From NCBI GenBank assembly GCA_934141445.1, contig CAKPCF010000008.1, positions 99 to 64,098 of the forward strand: 64,000 bases of DNA, read 5' to 3'. The notes beneath the pieces were generated by a model. The model made no database searches. It saw nothing but the letters and a program-made list of their open reading frames with translations, and was not told the origin of the DNA. The translations under genes were made by a program, and so were the position numbers. Below, in pieces: positions 18,325-29,626 of this stretch (its first letter is position 1; each line of letters starts with the position of its first letter). The DNA comes from an uncultured Clostridia bacterium. GTDB lineage: Bacteria; Bacillota; Clostridia; TANB77; CAG-508.

Positions 18325-19659
18325 ATGAACCAAATATTAGATTATAACCCAAATAAAGGAAATAAAACCTCATCTGGTTCAGATAAAATAGTTAAATTTT
18401 TTGCGATTGTTTTGATAATATTTGCATTATGTTTAGTGGCTAGTGGCGTATATAGAATTTATATGAGAAATCAAGAAAATAATTCTATTACAAATAATGT
18501 ACAAACTGCCAAAGCGGTGATAAATGTAGATAAATTAGATAATTCAGTAAACATTTCTGTAGTACATACAAAGGCTATTGAGAAATTGATTTATAGCTGG
18601 AATGATGGAACAGAAACAGTTGTTAAAGGTACAGGAGATAAAGTATTAGAAAAAGAAATTCAAATACCAGCTGGAACTAATGTATTACATATAAAAGTAA
18701 CGGATGTAGATGGAAACGAAACTACTTACGAAGAAGAAATTGTTGCAGAAAATGGAACAGATATATTAAATCCAGTTATTACATTAAGTGTAACAGAACA
18801 AAGAAAATTAAAAATAAGTGTAACTGATGAAACAGCATTAGATTTTGTTACATATCGCTGGGATACAGATGAAGAAGTAAAAGTTGAACCAACTGAAGAA
18901 GATAAAAAGAAAATTGAAATCGAAATTGATATATTAAAAGGAACACATGACATAACAATTATAGCAGTTGATAGCAGTAACAATACAACAACAGAAACAA
19001 AGAGCTACACAGGTTTAACTAAACCTGAAATTAAAATGACTTTATCAGCAGATAAAACAAAAGTTACTATAGAAATCAATCATGAAAATGGCATAAAAGG
19101 AATTACAGGAGCTTTAAATGGTCAAGACTTCAATGTAGATGGAATTGAACAAGACACAAAAAATGTTAGCTTCGATTTAGATTTAGCAGAAGGAAAAAAT
19201 ACTATTAAAGTAGTTGCTTCAAGTGTTGATGGAACAGAAACAACAGCTGAACAAGAATTTACTTATGGTGTTGAAGGAACAAATATTATTGGAAACAATA
19301 CAGCTAGTGATGCAAATAATACAAATACAGTTGAAAATACAAATAACACAAACACTAATACAACTAATAATACAAACAACAACACAAACAACAATCAAAC
19401 AGCTAATAAACCAAAAGTTACAGTAGAGCAAAAAGCTGATGATAACAAAAAAGTTTTTGTTGAAATTTCTTATGATAAAGGAGTACAATCTGCAACATTA
19501 CAATTCAATGGTCAAAACTATGATATAAATGTTGGAGATAATATGACTGATGGAAACTTTGAACTTGATTTAGTAACAGGTGAGAACAAAATCACTTTAA
19601 CAGTAGTTGGAAAAGATGGAGCTACTCAAGTAGTAGAAAAAACTTTTACAGTACAATAG
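18325..19659 (+). CDS. Membrane-anchored protein with four Ig-like ~85-aa repeats and an Asn/Thr-rich linker
   Basis: RBS GGAGAGGTGG. N-terminal TM (FFAIVLIIFALCLVASGVY). Four repeats share the pattern ...V.V.D..GN.T...... Low-complexity stretch NTNTVENTNNTNTNTTNNTNNNTNNNQ. Confidence 0.75.
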   Translation: MNQILDYNPNKGNKTSSGSDKIVKFFAIVLIIFALCLVASGVYRIYMRNQENNSITNNVQTAKAVINVDKLDNSVNISVVHTKAIEKLIYSWNDGTETVVKGTGDKVLEKEIQIPAGTNVLHIKVTDVDGNETTYEEEIVAENGTDILNPVITLSVTEQRKLKISVTDETALDFVTYRWDTDEEVKVEPTEEDKKKIEIEIDILKGTHDITIIAVDSSNNTTTETKSYTGLTKPEIKMTLSADKTKVTIEINHENGIKGITGALNGQDFNVDGIEQDTKNVSFDLDLAEGKNTIKVVASSVDGTETTAEQEFTYGVEGTNIIGNNTASDANNTNTVENTNNTNTNTTNNTNNNTNNNQTANKPKVTVEQKADDNKKVFVEISYDKGVQSATLQFNGQNYDINVGDNMTDGNFELDLVTGENKITLTVVGKDGATQVVEKTFTVQ

Positions 19660-19676
19660 ATAAATAGGAGATAGGT

Positions 19677-20603
19677 ATGATACAGGAAGTATATATAATT
19701 GATGATAAAAAAGAGTTAATAGAAAATTTAAAAGAACAATTTAAAGAGAATTCAGAATATCATTTTAAAACTGTTGGAACAGATAATTTGGAAGAAGCTT
19801 TGCGTAATATACCTTCTCTTATTATAATTGATGAAGATACAGCTCAAATGGAAATTTTAGAACTTTGTAAAAAAATAAGAGCGGATGAAGATAATAGTAT
19901 TACTCCAATTGTTGTAATAACATCAAATCAAGATAGAGCACATAGAATAGAAGTTTTAAAAACACATGTAGAATATTATATAAAAAAACCAATTGATGAT
20001 GAATATTTATATTACACAATTAAAAACATAACATCTTTAATGTATATCAATAGAAGAGTAAGCCCATTAACTGGTTTACCAGGCAATGTTCAAATTCAAG
20101 CAGAAATGAAAAAAAGATTATTAAATAAAGAAGTTTTTGCTATGATGTACTTTGATTTAGACAATTTTAAGGCATATAATGATGTATATGGTTTTGCTAA
20201 TGGAGATGAAATTATAAAATTTACTGCAAAAGTAATATCAAAACATATTCATAATATTGGTGGTGGAAATAATTTTATAGGACATATTGGTGGAGATGAT
20301 TTTGTTGCAATTGTCGAAGAAACTGATTATGATAGAGTGTGTCAAGACATTATAGCTGAATTTGACAAAGAAGCTGTAAACTTTTATAGTGAAGAAGATG
20401 TTGAAAGAGGATATGTTGAAGTAGCAAATAGAAGGGGAATAATAGAACAATTTCCTTTAACATCAATTTCAATTGGAGTTGTTGAAGTAGATAACAAGAC
20501 AATTAAAACTGCTTTAGAGATCGGCGAAGTTGCTGCACAAGTAAAGCATCTTGCTAAAACTATAATGGGCAGTACTTATGTTATAAATAAAAGAAAATTT
20601 TAA
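19677..20603 (+). CDS. Response regulator receiver + GGDEF-family domain (GGDDF variant)
   Basis: REC domain (LIIIDED...). PLTGLPGN, DLDNFKAYNDVYGFANGD, and an active-site position that reads GHIGGDDFVAIV. Confidence 0.85.
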   Translation: MIQEVYIIDDKKELIENLKEQFKENSEYHFKTVGTDNLEEALRNIPSLIIIDEDTAQMEILELCKKIRADEDNSITPIVVITSNQDRAHRIEVLKTHVEYYIKKPIDDEYLYYTIKNITSLMYINRRVSPLTGLPGNVQIQAEMKKRLLNKEVFAMMYFDLDNFKAYNDVYGFANGDEIIKFTAKVISKHIHNIGGGNNFIGHIGGDDFVAIVEETDYDRVCQDIIAEFDKEAVNFYSEEDVERGYVEVANRRGIIEQFPLTSISIGVVEVDNKTIKTALEIGEVAAQVKHLAKTIMGSTYVINKRKF

Positions 20604-20606
20604 AAT

Positions 20607-20682
20607 AAAAGTTATAATATATTGTTTAAATATTGTATAGATTAGTTTATCAGCAATATTAAATAAATATATTATAACTTTT
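20607..20682. terminator. Long-loop perfect 17-bp inverted repeat between convergent genes
   Basis: AAAAGTTATAATATATT (20607-20623) pairs with AATATATTATAACTTTT (20666-20682). Confidence 0.5.
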
Positions 20683-20687
20683 TTTAT

Positions 20688-21404
20688 TTAAGAATTATTA
20701 TCAAAATAATCCATTATTCCACAATATATTCCCCATGCAATTTTATCTTGATAATCATCTTGAGTTAGAAGTTGAGCTTCATTTTTATTAGATAGAAATC
20801 CACATTCAACAATAACAGTTGGAATTTTTAAATTTTCAATAATATATTTACCACTAATAGTTTGCGGTACACGTTTATTTTCAATTTGAATGCTTTGATT
20901 CAAATTTTCTTGTATATAATTACTTAAATTTTTCCCATCTTCAGAATCTTTTTTATAAAATGTTTGCCAGCCATAGTATTGATTTTGAGGAATTTTATTT
21001 AAGTGAATTGAAACAAATATATCGCTATTGCTAGAATTACCAATTTTAACTCTATTTTTCATATCACTAACTTTCATTTCTCGCAAGCTTTTACTATCCA
21101 TATCATATATTCCGTTTTCATCAGAACGAGTTAAAATTACAGTACAATCACTAATTTCTAATAGTTTTTGAACCTTTAATGCGATTTTCAGATTTATTCC
21201 AGATTCTGTAAGACCATTTTCATTTTGAGCTCCTTCATCTGGAATTCCATGACCTGCATCTATTGTTACTGTATGAGAAGCAACTGGAATAGAAGATGTT
21301 GAAATTGTATCATTTGTAGATTTGTTCATAATAGTTGCAATAAATATTGAAAATATAAGTGAAATTTCAATGAAAATCAATCTTTTCTTGTTAATTATAA
21401 TCAT
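20688..21404 (-). CDS. cwlD: Germination-specific N-acetylmuramoyl-L-alanine amidase (Amidase_3)
   Basis: N-terminal TM. IDAGHG..DEGA, ...ILTRSDE, ...DIFVSIHLN, ...VECGFLSN..E motifs. About 238 aa, typical of CwlD. Confidence 0.85.
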   Translation of the reverse strand: MIIINKKRLIFIEISLIFSIFIATIMNKSTNDTISTSSIPVASHTVTIDAGHGIPDEGAQNENGLTESGINLKIALKVQKLLEISDCTVILTRSDENGIYDMDSKSLREMKVSDMKNRVKIGNSSNSDIFVSIHLNKIPQNQYYGWQTFYKKDSEDGKNLSNYIQENLNQSIQIENKRVPQTISGKYIIENLKIPTVIVECGFLSNKNEAQLLTQDDYQDKIAWGIYCGIMDYFDNNS

Positions 21405-21537
21405 AAATTACCTCACTATGGAAATGTTTATAATAATATATGATTCATATTAAATAAAATTCGGAAATTTTTTATAAAAAGAATAAATTTTGAAAAAATT
21501 GTAGAAAATATTTCTAGCAAAATTTAAGGAGATTTTT

Positions 21538-24500
21538 ATGAAAAATTATAAAGAATTAAGTATTTCAGGAACTTTATTGGATAATGTGCAATTAGAAAAA
21601 TATATGGAAAAAATTGCATCTGAACACAATGTATGTAATTATAGTGATGCAGATACTTATCCATTACAAACTTTAAAAAATAAATATCATATAATATTAG
21701 AAACTTATAATTTGCTGTCTAAACATATAAAAATGGGAATAAAGATTCATTCAGCAGGTGAGTGGATATTAGATAATTTTTATATTATAGAGGAAAATGT
21801 GAAGGCAATTCAAAAAAAATTGACTATAAAAAGATATAAACAAATGCCAGGTATTTCTAGTGGAAAATATCAAGGTTTTGCAAGATGTTATGTATTAGCG
21901 TCTGAAATAGTTGCATTTACTGATAGCAAAATTGATTCGGAAAATGTAAATTTTTGTTTGAAAGCTTATCAGAAAAAGAAACTATTAAGTATGCAAGAAA
22001 TATGGGATTTGAATGTTTTTTTGAAATTAGCTTTAATTTCTCAAATAAGTGAAATGTGTGAAAAGATATATTTATCACAAATTCAAAAATTAAAAGTTGA
22101 AAACATAATAAAAAAAATTATAGAAAAACAAGAAGATAATGAATATAAAATAGGATATAAAATAAAAGTAAATGATTCAGAACCGAAATATCCATTTATT
22201 GAATATATGTCATATAAATTAAAGGAATATGGAAAAGAAGCAGTAGAATATCAAAAGATTTTGGAAAAGGAAGTTGCAAAACTTGGAATGACTGTTTCTG
22301 AAGTAATTCAAAAAGAACACTTTCAAATAGCAAATATAAAAATTACAATAGGAAATGGAATAAAAAGTTTAAAAGAGATTGGTCATATAAATTTTGGAGA
22401 ATTATTTTCTTTTACTAATGCAACAGAAGAAATTTTAAATCTTGACCCTGCAAAAGTATACCAAAATATGGATGAAGAAAGTAAAAACTTCTATAGGGAA
22501 AAGATATCAAAATTATCAAAGAAAAGTAAAATTTCAGAAGTATATATTGCAGAGAGAATAATTGAATTAGCAAAAAGATATGAAAATAAAAAAGATTTAG
22601 AAGAAAAAAGAAAATCACATATAGGATATTATCTAGTAGATGATGGATTATATGAATTAAAAGAAAAATTGGAAATAAAAAGTAAAAGAAAGACTATAAA
22701 TATTACTAATTTATATATATCATCATTAACTTTTATACCAATCTATTTTTGTTTTTGTTTAGGAATTACAATTTATAATTTTTATAAAAATATATGGTTG
22801 TCAATATTTTTTGCAATCATTTTATATGTGCCAATATCAGAAATTTGTACAAAATTATTTAACTATGTATTAAGTAAATGCAAAAAGCCGGAAGTAATAC
22901 CTAAAATGAACTATGAAGATGGTTTACCTGAAGAGGCAGCGACATTTGTTGTTATTCCAACTATATTAAAAAGCAAAGAAAAAGTAGCAGAAATGCTAAA
23001 GAAATTAGAAGTATATTATTTAGCTAATAAACTTGAAAATGTATATTTTGCACTACTTGGAGATTGTTCAGAAGAAAAAAGTCAAAGTATGAATTTTGAT
23101 GATGAAGTTGTATCAGAAGGAGAAAAAATAGTAGAACAGCTAAATGCTAAATATAAAAAGAATGATTTTCCAAGATTTCATTTTTTATATAGAAATAGAG
23201 TATGGAATCAAAACGAGAATTCATATATTGGTTGGGAAAGAAAAAGAGGCTTATTAGTAACATTTAATGAATATATACTAAAAAACATAGATGATAATTT
23301 TCGTGTAAACACAATAGAAAAAAATAAAGAAAAAATGCCTAAAATTAAATATATAATAACATTAGATAGTGATACTAATTTGATAATGAATTCAGTTTCT
23401 AAATTAGTTGGAGCTATGGACCATATATTAAATCAACCAATTATAAAGAAGCAAAAAGTTGTTAAAGGATATGGAATAATGCAACCAAGAATAGGGTTAG
23501 ATTTAGAAATTGCTCAAAAAACATATTTTGTTGAATTATTTAGTATGCAAGGAGGAATTGATTTATATTCAAATGCTATATCAGACATTTATCAAGATTA
23601 TTTTAAGGAGGGAATATTTACTGGTAAGGGAATATACAATTTAAAAGTTTATGATGATATATTAAAAAACGAAATTCCAGAAAATACAGTATTAAGTCAT
23701 GATTTACTAGAGGGTAATTATTTAAGATGCGGTCTACTTACAGATGTTACATTATTAGATGGTTATCCACTTAAATATGTTCCTTATATAAAAAGAAATC
23801 ACAGATGGGTTAGAGGAGATTGGCAAATATTCAAATGGTTATTTAGTGATAAGCTAAATGAAATATCTAAATTTAAAATATATGATAATTTAAGAAGAAG
23901 TTTGGTTAATGTAATAGCTTTTCTTGGAATTATATTAGGTACAATTTGCTTAAATAGTTTTGGTAAAAGTTTGATTTGGATATCTGTTATTTCACTAATA
24001 GTATCATATTGTTTAGATATATTAAATATTATAATCTTTAAAGAAAGCTATATTGAAGGCGAAATTTATGCTGATAAAAAATATTCAAAAGATATTGGCA
24101 ATGTAAAAAAGAGCATAATAAGATTGATTTTACAAATATCTTTTCTACCTTATGAAGCTATAGAAAATCTTGATGCAATTATTAGAAGTTTGTATAGAAT
24201 GAAAAAGAAATCAAAACTTCTAGAGTGGGTAACTGCAGAAGATGGAGAGAAACAAAGTAAAAATGATTTGAAGTCAATTTATAAAGAGATGTTTGTAAAT
24301 GTGATATTTGGCGTACTTTTTTTATTTAATAAATATACATGTATATTTGCAATTTTATGGCTAATTGGGCCAGCAATAGCATGGTATATTAGTTTAAACA
24401 GAGAAAGCAAAAGAAAGATATCTTATGAAAATGAAGAATATCTAAAAGATATTGCTAAAAGAACTTGGGGATTTTTTGAAACTTATATCACACCAGAAAA

Positions 24501-27500
24501 TCATTATTTGATGATAGATAATTATCAAGAAGATAGAGAAAAAGCAATTGTTAATAGGACATCTTCTACTAATATAGGATTGTCGCTTATTGCAGTAATA
24601 TCAGCTTATGATTTAGAGTTTATATCTTTTGATAGAGCTAAAAAATATATAGAAGATATAATTGGAACAATAAACAATTTGGCAAAATGGAATGGACATT
24701 TATATAATTGGTATGATACAAGGACTTTAGCTCCTTTAATTCCAAGATATATTTCAACTGTTGATAGTGGAAATTATGTTGGATATTTGTATATATTAAA
24801 AGAATTTTTAATTGAAAATAAAGAAAAAGGCGAATTTGACTTTTTAATTAAAAACGTAGAAAATCTTATAAATGATGTTGATTTTTCTGTATTATATAGT
24901 AAAGAAAATAAATTATTTTCAATAGGATTTAATCTTGAAGAAAATAAATTAACAGATTCATATTATGATTTTTTAGCTTCTGAAGCTAGGCAAGCTAGCT
25001 TAATTGCAATTGCTAAAAGAGATGTACCAAGTAAGCATTGGAATGCATTAAGTAGAACTTTGACTAGTTTGAAAGGCTATAAAGGCTTAATTTCATGGTC
25101 TGGAACAGCCTTTGAATATTTAATGCCAAATATCAATTTGAAAAATTATAAAGGTAGTTTAATTGATGAATCAAGTAAGTTTGCTGTAATGTGTCAGATT
25201 GAATATGCTAAAAGATTAAATGTACCATGGGGAATTTCTGAATCTGCTTATGGTTTAAAAGATTTATATAATAATTATCAATATAAAGCTTTTGGAATAC
25301 CATGGCTAGGTTTAAAAAGAGGATTGGAAAATGATATTGTTATATCACCTTATAGTACTTTTTTAGCATTAGATGAAGCAAATGAATTGGCTATAAAAAA
25401 TGCAAAAGAACTAGAAAAAATAGGTGCATATCAAGAATTTGGCTTTTATGAATCAATTGATTTCACTAAAAGTAGAATGAAGAAAAATCAGAAATATGAA
25501 TTGGTTAAAACTTATATGGCACATCATCAGGCTTTAATTTTATTATCAATAAATAATTATTTAAATGATGAAATATTAAAACAGAGATTTAATAGAAATG
25601 CAGAAATTGAAGCTGTTGATATTCTACTTCAAGAGAGAATGCCAATAAATATGATTTTAACTAAAGAGTATAAAGAAAAAATAGAAAATATTAAATTATT
25701 GAATGAAAATGCATATAATGAAAGAATTATCCAAAGGCATCACCCTGTATATAGAAATATAGGTGTTATTTCTAATGGTGATTATAGAGTAATCGTAGAT
25801 GATTTAGGAAACAGTTGTAGTGAATTTAGAAAAAATTTAATCTACAAATATAAGCCTACTGATGAAGGAAAACAAGGAATATTTTTCTATATTAAAAATG
25901 TTAAAACAAAAGATATAGTTAATGTTTATGAAAATTCAACTGTTATTTTTGCACCAGATAAAATTTCTTATGTGAAAAATGAAGGAAAATTGAAACTTTC
26001 AACAGAAATCATTCTTGACCCGAATAAACCATTAGAAATTAGGAATATAGAAATAGAAAATATAGGTAGTACAGAAGAAATTTATGAACTTGTATCTGAA
26101 TTTGAACCGATTTTAAGCCCTAAAATGCAAGAATATTCACATCCTGCATTTAATAAGCTTTTTTTGCAAATTGAAAAAAGTGGAGAAGTATTTTATATCA
26201 CAAGAAAAAATCGTTTAGGAGAAGAAGATATATATTTAGGCACAACTTTATACACAAATAATGAACAAATTGTGGATACTGAATATGAAATAGATAAAGA
26301 AAAATATTATGGAAGAAATAATATTGATATACCAGATATGTTAAAAGAAAATAAAAAATTTTCAAATGAAATGAAAGAAACAACAGATTTAATTTTGGCT
26401 ATTAAAAAAATATTCAAAATATTACCAGGAGAAAAGATAAAATTTACCATGTTAGTCATGCCATCTTTAAATAAAAACGAATTAAAAGATGAAATGAAAA
26501 AATTACTATCTTCACAGGAAATATCTAGAATAATTGATGTAGCTAAAGTGAGAAGCGAGGAAGAGCTTCAATTTTTACAGATAAGAAGAAAGGAACTTGC
26601 ACTTTACCAAAAAATTCTTGATTATATTTTCTTATCTGCGCCAAACTATAAAATGTCGCAAGGAAAGAAATACAAAAAAGATTATTTGTGGAGACATGGA
26701 ATTTCTGGCGACAATCCTATTATTTCTGTGAAATTAAGAAAAATGGAAGAAGTAAATGGACTAAAACAAATATTAAAAGCTTATGAATATTTTAGGGCAA
26801 AATCAACATTTGTAGATATAGTAATTATTGATGAAGAAGATAATATATATGAAAAATATGTATTAAATAGTATTGAAGAATTGATTTCAGAAAAGCAAAT
26901 GCAATATTTGAAAAATATAAATGGTGGAATCTTTATAATAGAGAGCAATCCTAATAATAAAGATGAAATTGAAACTATTATACTAAAATCGAAATTGATA
27001 ATTGATTTAGGAAAGACAGATTTAGAGAGTTATGTAGAAAAAATTGTCAATAGAAGAGAAAAAAGTTATAAAAAATCAAGAAGCAATAATGTTAAAAAGA
27101 ATACAACTGAGATTTTGCCTTTACAAAAAGAAGATTTGCTATATTTTAATGGATATGGAGGCTTTACTCAAGATGGAAAAGAATATCATATTTATACAAA
27201 TAAGCAAAATAAAACACCTTTTGCATGGTCTCATATATTAGCAAATAAATTCTTTGGAACGCTTGTTACTGATAACTTTAGTGGTTATACTTGGAGTAAA
27301 AATAGTAGGTTGAATAGACTTACAGCTTGGGGAAATAAACCTATATCAAATGTGCCATCAGAAATATGGTATGTTGTAGAAAATGACATGATGTGGACTA
27401 TAAATAGTGGTGTCAATCCAAATGAAAATTACTATTATATTAGTTATGGGTTTGGATATGCGAAATTCAAGAATACTAACAATGAGTTAGTTCAAGAGAT

Positions 27501-29511
27501 AGAAACTTTTATACCACAAAATGAAAGCTTTAAAGTCAATAATGTAAAAATTAGAAATACAGCAAACAAATCTAGGAATTTGAAATTGTTAATATATATA
27601 AAACCAGTTTTAGGTGAAGATGAAATTTTTACTAATTCTGATATAGAAGTTAATAAAAAAGAAAATGTAATTATAGCAAAAAATATTTTGAGAGATGAAA
27701 TTTACGATAAAACATTTTTTATCACTAGTGATTTAAAAATAAAAAGTTTTACAGGAAATAAAGATATATTTTTAGGAACTAATGGTTTGAAAAATCCTAG
27801 AGCTTTATATGAAAAGCTAGATGAAAAAAATGGACTTGGAAAAAATTCATGTATTGCTCTAGAATTTGAAATAATGCTAAATGCTTATGAAAATAAAGAA
27901 TTTACAATTATTTTAGGTGAAGAAAAAGAAGAAAATATTATACAAAGTACAAATAGTTTCTTAAGCAAAACAGATAGAGAAAAAGCTTTAGATGAAGTTA
28001 AACAGAATTGGAATAATATAATTCAAACATTAACTGTAAATACTCCATCTGAAAGCATAAATTTACTAATAAATGGTTGGTTAATATATCAAACATTATC
28101 TAGTAGAATATATGGTAGAACAGGTTTTTATCAGTCTGGAGGAGCTTTTGGATTTAGAGACCAATTACAAGATTCTTTAGGAATGAAGTTGATTGATATA
28201 AACATTTTAAAAGAACAAATTGTAAATTGTGCTGGTCATCAATTTATAGAAGGAGATGTACTTCATTGGTGGCATAGTGATACCAAAAGAGGAATAAGGA
28301 CAAGGTTTTCAGATGATTTATTATGGCTTGTTTATGCGACTTTGGAATATATAGAATTTACAAATGATAATTCTATATTAGATGTAGAAGTTGAATATCT
28401 ATCTGGAGAAGAATTAAAAGATGATGAATTTGAAGTTTATAATATTTTTTATAATAGTGAAATAAAAGAAAATATTTATTCACATTGTAATAGAGCTATA
28501 GAAAAAGTTATTGCTAGAGGAATAGAACCTTTTCCAAAGATAGGAACCGGCGACTGGAATGATGGCTTTAGTGAAGTGGGTTCTAAAGGAAAAGGACAAA
28601 GTATATGGCTTGGATTCTTCTTATATGATATTTTGAATAGATGGAACTTAATTTGTACTTTGAAAAATGATGAAGAAAGAGCTAAAAGATATATTGAAAT
28701 AAAAGAAAAGTTGAAAAAATCTCTAAACACTGAGGCATGGGATGGAAGATGGTATAAAAGAGCTATAACAGATGATGGACAAGTGATAGGAAGTATGAAT
28801 TCAGAAGAAGCTAAAATTGACAGTTTAAGTCAGAGTTGGGCTGTAATATCTAATGCTGGTGATAATGATAAAAAATTTATTGCATTAGAGTCAGTAAAAA
28901 ATAATCTAGTAGATTATGAAAATCAATTGATAAAACTTTTTGACCCTCCTTTTGAAAAAGGAAATATCAAACCCGGATATATTCGTGGATATAAACCAGG
29001 TGTAAGAGAAAATGGAGGTCAATATACTCACGCTGCAATTTGGTTTATTATGGCTGAAGCTTTACTTGGATTTGGAGATGAAGCAGTTAAATTATTGGAA
29101 CTAATCAATCCAATAAATCATTCAAATAATCTTGAGAAAGCACAAAAATATAAACTGGAACCATATAGTATTGCAGCAGATGTGTATTCAAACAGAGATT
29201 TAGTTGGAAGAGGTGGATGGAGTTTATATACAGGTTCTAGTAGTTGGTATTATAAAGTAACAATTGAAAATATATTGGGACTAAAATTGAAAAATGGATA
29301 TCTTTATATAGAGCCTTGTATATCAAAAGATTGGAAAGAGTATGAAATTCGATACAAGTATAAAACAAGTATTTATCAGATAAAAGTGAAAAATTTAAAT
29401 GGTAAAAATACTGGTGTATCTAAATTTATATTAAATGGAGAAGAAATAAAAGAAAAAAGAGTAATGTTACAAGATGACGGAAAAATTTATGCAATTGACA
29501 TTTTTATGTAA
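21538..29511 (+). CDS. Giant cyclic beta-1,2-glucan synthase-like protein (GT domain + TM blocks + GH94 phosphorylase-like domain)
   Basis: 2657 aa. RBS AAGGAG. IITLDSDTNL and HRWVRGDWQ (glycosyltransferase D,D / RW-type motifs). Hydrophobic blocks. C-terminal GH94-type motifs GGAFGFRDQLQD, GTGDWNDG and ENGGQYTHAA. Confidence 0.85.
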   Translation: MKNYKELSISGTLLDNVQLEKYMEKIASEHNVCNYSDADTYPLQTLKNKYHIILETYNLLSKHIKMGIKIHSAGEWILDNFYIIEENVKAIQKKLTIKRYKQMPGISSGKYQGFARCYVLASEIVAFTDSKIDSENVNFCLKAYQKKKLLSMQEIWDLNVFLKLALISQISEMCEKIYLSQIQKLKVENIIKKIIEKQEDNEYKIGYKIKVNDSEPKYPFIEYMSYKLKEYGKEAVEYQKILEKEVAKLGMTVSEVIQKEHFQIANIKITIGNGIKSLKEIGHINFGELFSFTNATEEILNLDPAKVYQNMDEESKNFYREKISKLSKKSKISEVYIAERIIELAKRYENKKDLEEKRKSHIGYYLVDDGLYELKEKLEIKSKRKTINITNLYISSLTFIPIYFCFCLGITIYNFYKNIWLSIFFAIILYVPISEICTKLFNYVLSKCKKPEVIPKMNYEDGLPEEAATFVVIPTILKSKEKVAEMLKKLEVYYLANKLENVYFALLGDCSEEKSQSMNFDDEVVSEGEKIVEQLNAKYKKNDFPRFHFLYRNRVWNQNENSYIGWERKRGLLVTFNEYILKNIDDNFRVNTIEKNKEKMPKIKYIITLDSDTNLIMNSVSKLVGAMDHILNQPIIKKQKVVKGYGIMQPRIGLDLEIAQKTYFVELFSMQGGIDLYSNAISDIYQDYFKEGIFTGKGIYNLKVYDDILKNEIPENTVLSHDLLEGNYLRCGLLTDVTLLDGYPLKYVPYIKRNHRWVRGDWQIFKWLFSDKLNEISKFKIYDNLRRSLVNVIAFLGIILGTICLNSFGKSLIWISVISLIVSYCLDILNIIIFKESYIEGEIYADKKYSKDIGNVKKSIIRLILQISFLPYEAIENLDAIIRSLYRMKKKSKLLEWVTAEDGEKQSKNDLKSIYKEMFVNVIFGVLFLFNKYTCIFAILWLIGPAIAWYISLNRESKRKISYENEEYLKDIAKRTWGFFETYITPENHYLMIDNYQEDREKAIVNRTSSTNIGLSLIAVISAYDLEFISFDRAKKYIEDIIGTINNLAKWNGHLYNWYDTRTLAPLIPRYISTVDSGNYVGYLYILKEFLIENKEKGEFDFLIKNVENLINDVDFSVLYSKENKLFSIGFNLEENKLTDSYYDFLASEARQASLIAIAKRDVPSKHWNALSRTLTSLKGYKGLISWSGTAFEYLMPNINLKNYKGSLIDESSKFAVMCQIEYAKRLNVPWGISESAYGLKDLYNNYQYKAFGIPWLGLKRGLENDIVISPYSTFLALDEANELAIKNAKELEKIGAYQEFGFYESIDFTKSRMKKNQKYELVKTYMAHHQALILLSINNYLNDEILKQRFNRNAEIEAVDILLQERMPINMILTKEYKEKIENIKLLNENAYNERIIQRHHPVYRNIGVISNGDYRVIVDDLGNSCSEFRKNLIYKYKPTDEGKQGIFFYIKNVKTKDIVNVYENSTVIFAPDKISYVKNEGKLKLSTEIILDPNKPLEIRNIEIENIGSTEEIYELVSEFEPILSPKMQEYSHPAFNKLFLQIEKSGEVFYITRKNRLGEEDIYLGTTLYTNNEQIVDTEYEIDKEKYYGRNNIDIPDMLKENKKFSNEMKETTDLILAIKKIFKILPGEKIKFTMLVMPSLNKNELKDEMKKLLSSQEISRIIDVAKVRSEEELQFLQIRRKELALYQKILDYIFLSAPNYKMSQGKKYKKDYLWRHGISGDNPIISVKLRKMEEVNGLKQILKAYEYFRAKSTFVDIVIIDEEDNIYEKYVLNSIEELISEKQMQYLKNINGGIFIIESNPNNKDEIETIILKSKLIIDLGKTDLESYVEKIVNRREKSYKKSRSNNVKKNTTEILPLQKEDLLYFNGYGGFTQDGKEYHIYTNKQNKTPFAWSHILANKFFGTLVTDNFSGYTWSKNSRLNRLTAWGNKPISNVPSEIWYVVENDMMWTINSGVNPNENYYYISYGFGYAKFKNTNNELVQEIETFIPQNESFKVNNVKIRNTANKSRNLKLLIYIKPVLGEDEIFTNSDIEVNKKENVIIAKNILRDEIYDKTFFITSDLKIKSFTGNKDIFLGTNGLKNPRALYEKLDEKNGLGKNSCIALEFEIMLNAYENKEFTIILGEEKEENIIQSTNSFLSKTDREKALDEVKQNWNNIIQTLTVNTPSESINLLINGWLIYQTLSSRIYGRTGFYQSGGAFGFRDQLQDSLGMKLIDINILKEQIVNCAGHQFIEGDVLHWWHSDTKRGIRTRFSDDLLWLVYATLEYIEFTNDNSILDVEVEYLSGEELKDDEFEVYNIFYNSEIKENIYSHCNRAIEKVIARGIEPFPKIGTGDWNDGFSEVGSKGKGQSIWLGFFLYDILNRWNLICTLKNDEERAKRYIEIKEKLKKSLNTEAWDGRWYKRAITDDGQVIGSMNSEEAKIDSLSQSWAVISNAGDNDKKFIALESVKNNLVDYENQLIKLFDPPFEKGNIKPGYIRGYKPGVRENGGQYTHAAIWFIMAEALLGFGDEAVKLLELINPINHSNNLEKAQKYKLEPYSIAADVYSNRDLVGRGGWSLYTGSSSWYYKVTIENILGLKLKNGYLYIEPCISKDWKEYEIRYKYKTSIYQIKVKNLNGKNTGVSKFILNGEEIKEKRVMLQDDGKIYAIDIFM

Positions 29512-29626
29512 TGATGTAATAAAAATGAAAAAAAATTGAAAAAAACTTGTGCAAAATGTTGAAATATGATATAACTTAATTTGTAAAAAAGAGTACAGTA
29601 TAGAATTTCAGAAAGGCGGGAAACTT

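Noticed and set aside
19214-19488. Alternative-frame and antisense ORFs in the Asn/Thr-rich segment
   Set aside because: They are artefacts of the low-complexity AAY/ACN repeat DNA inside the 18325..19659 gene.
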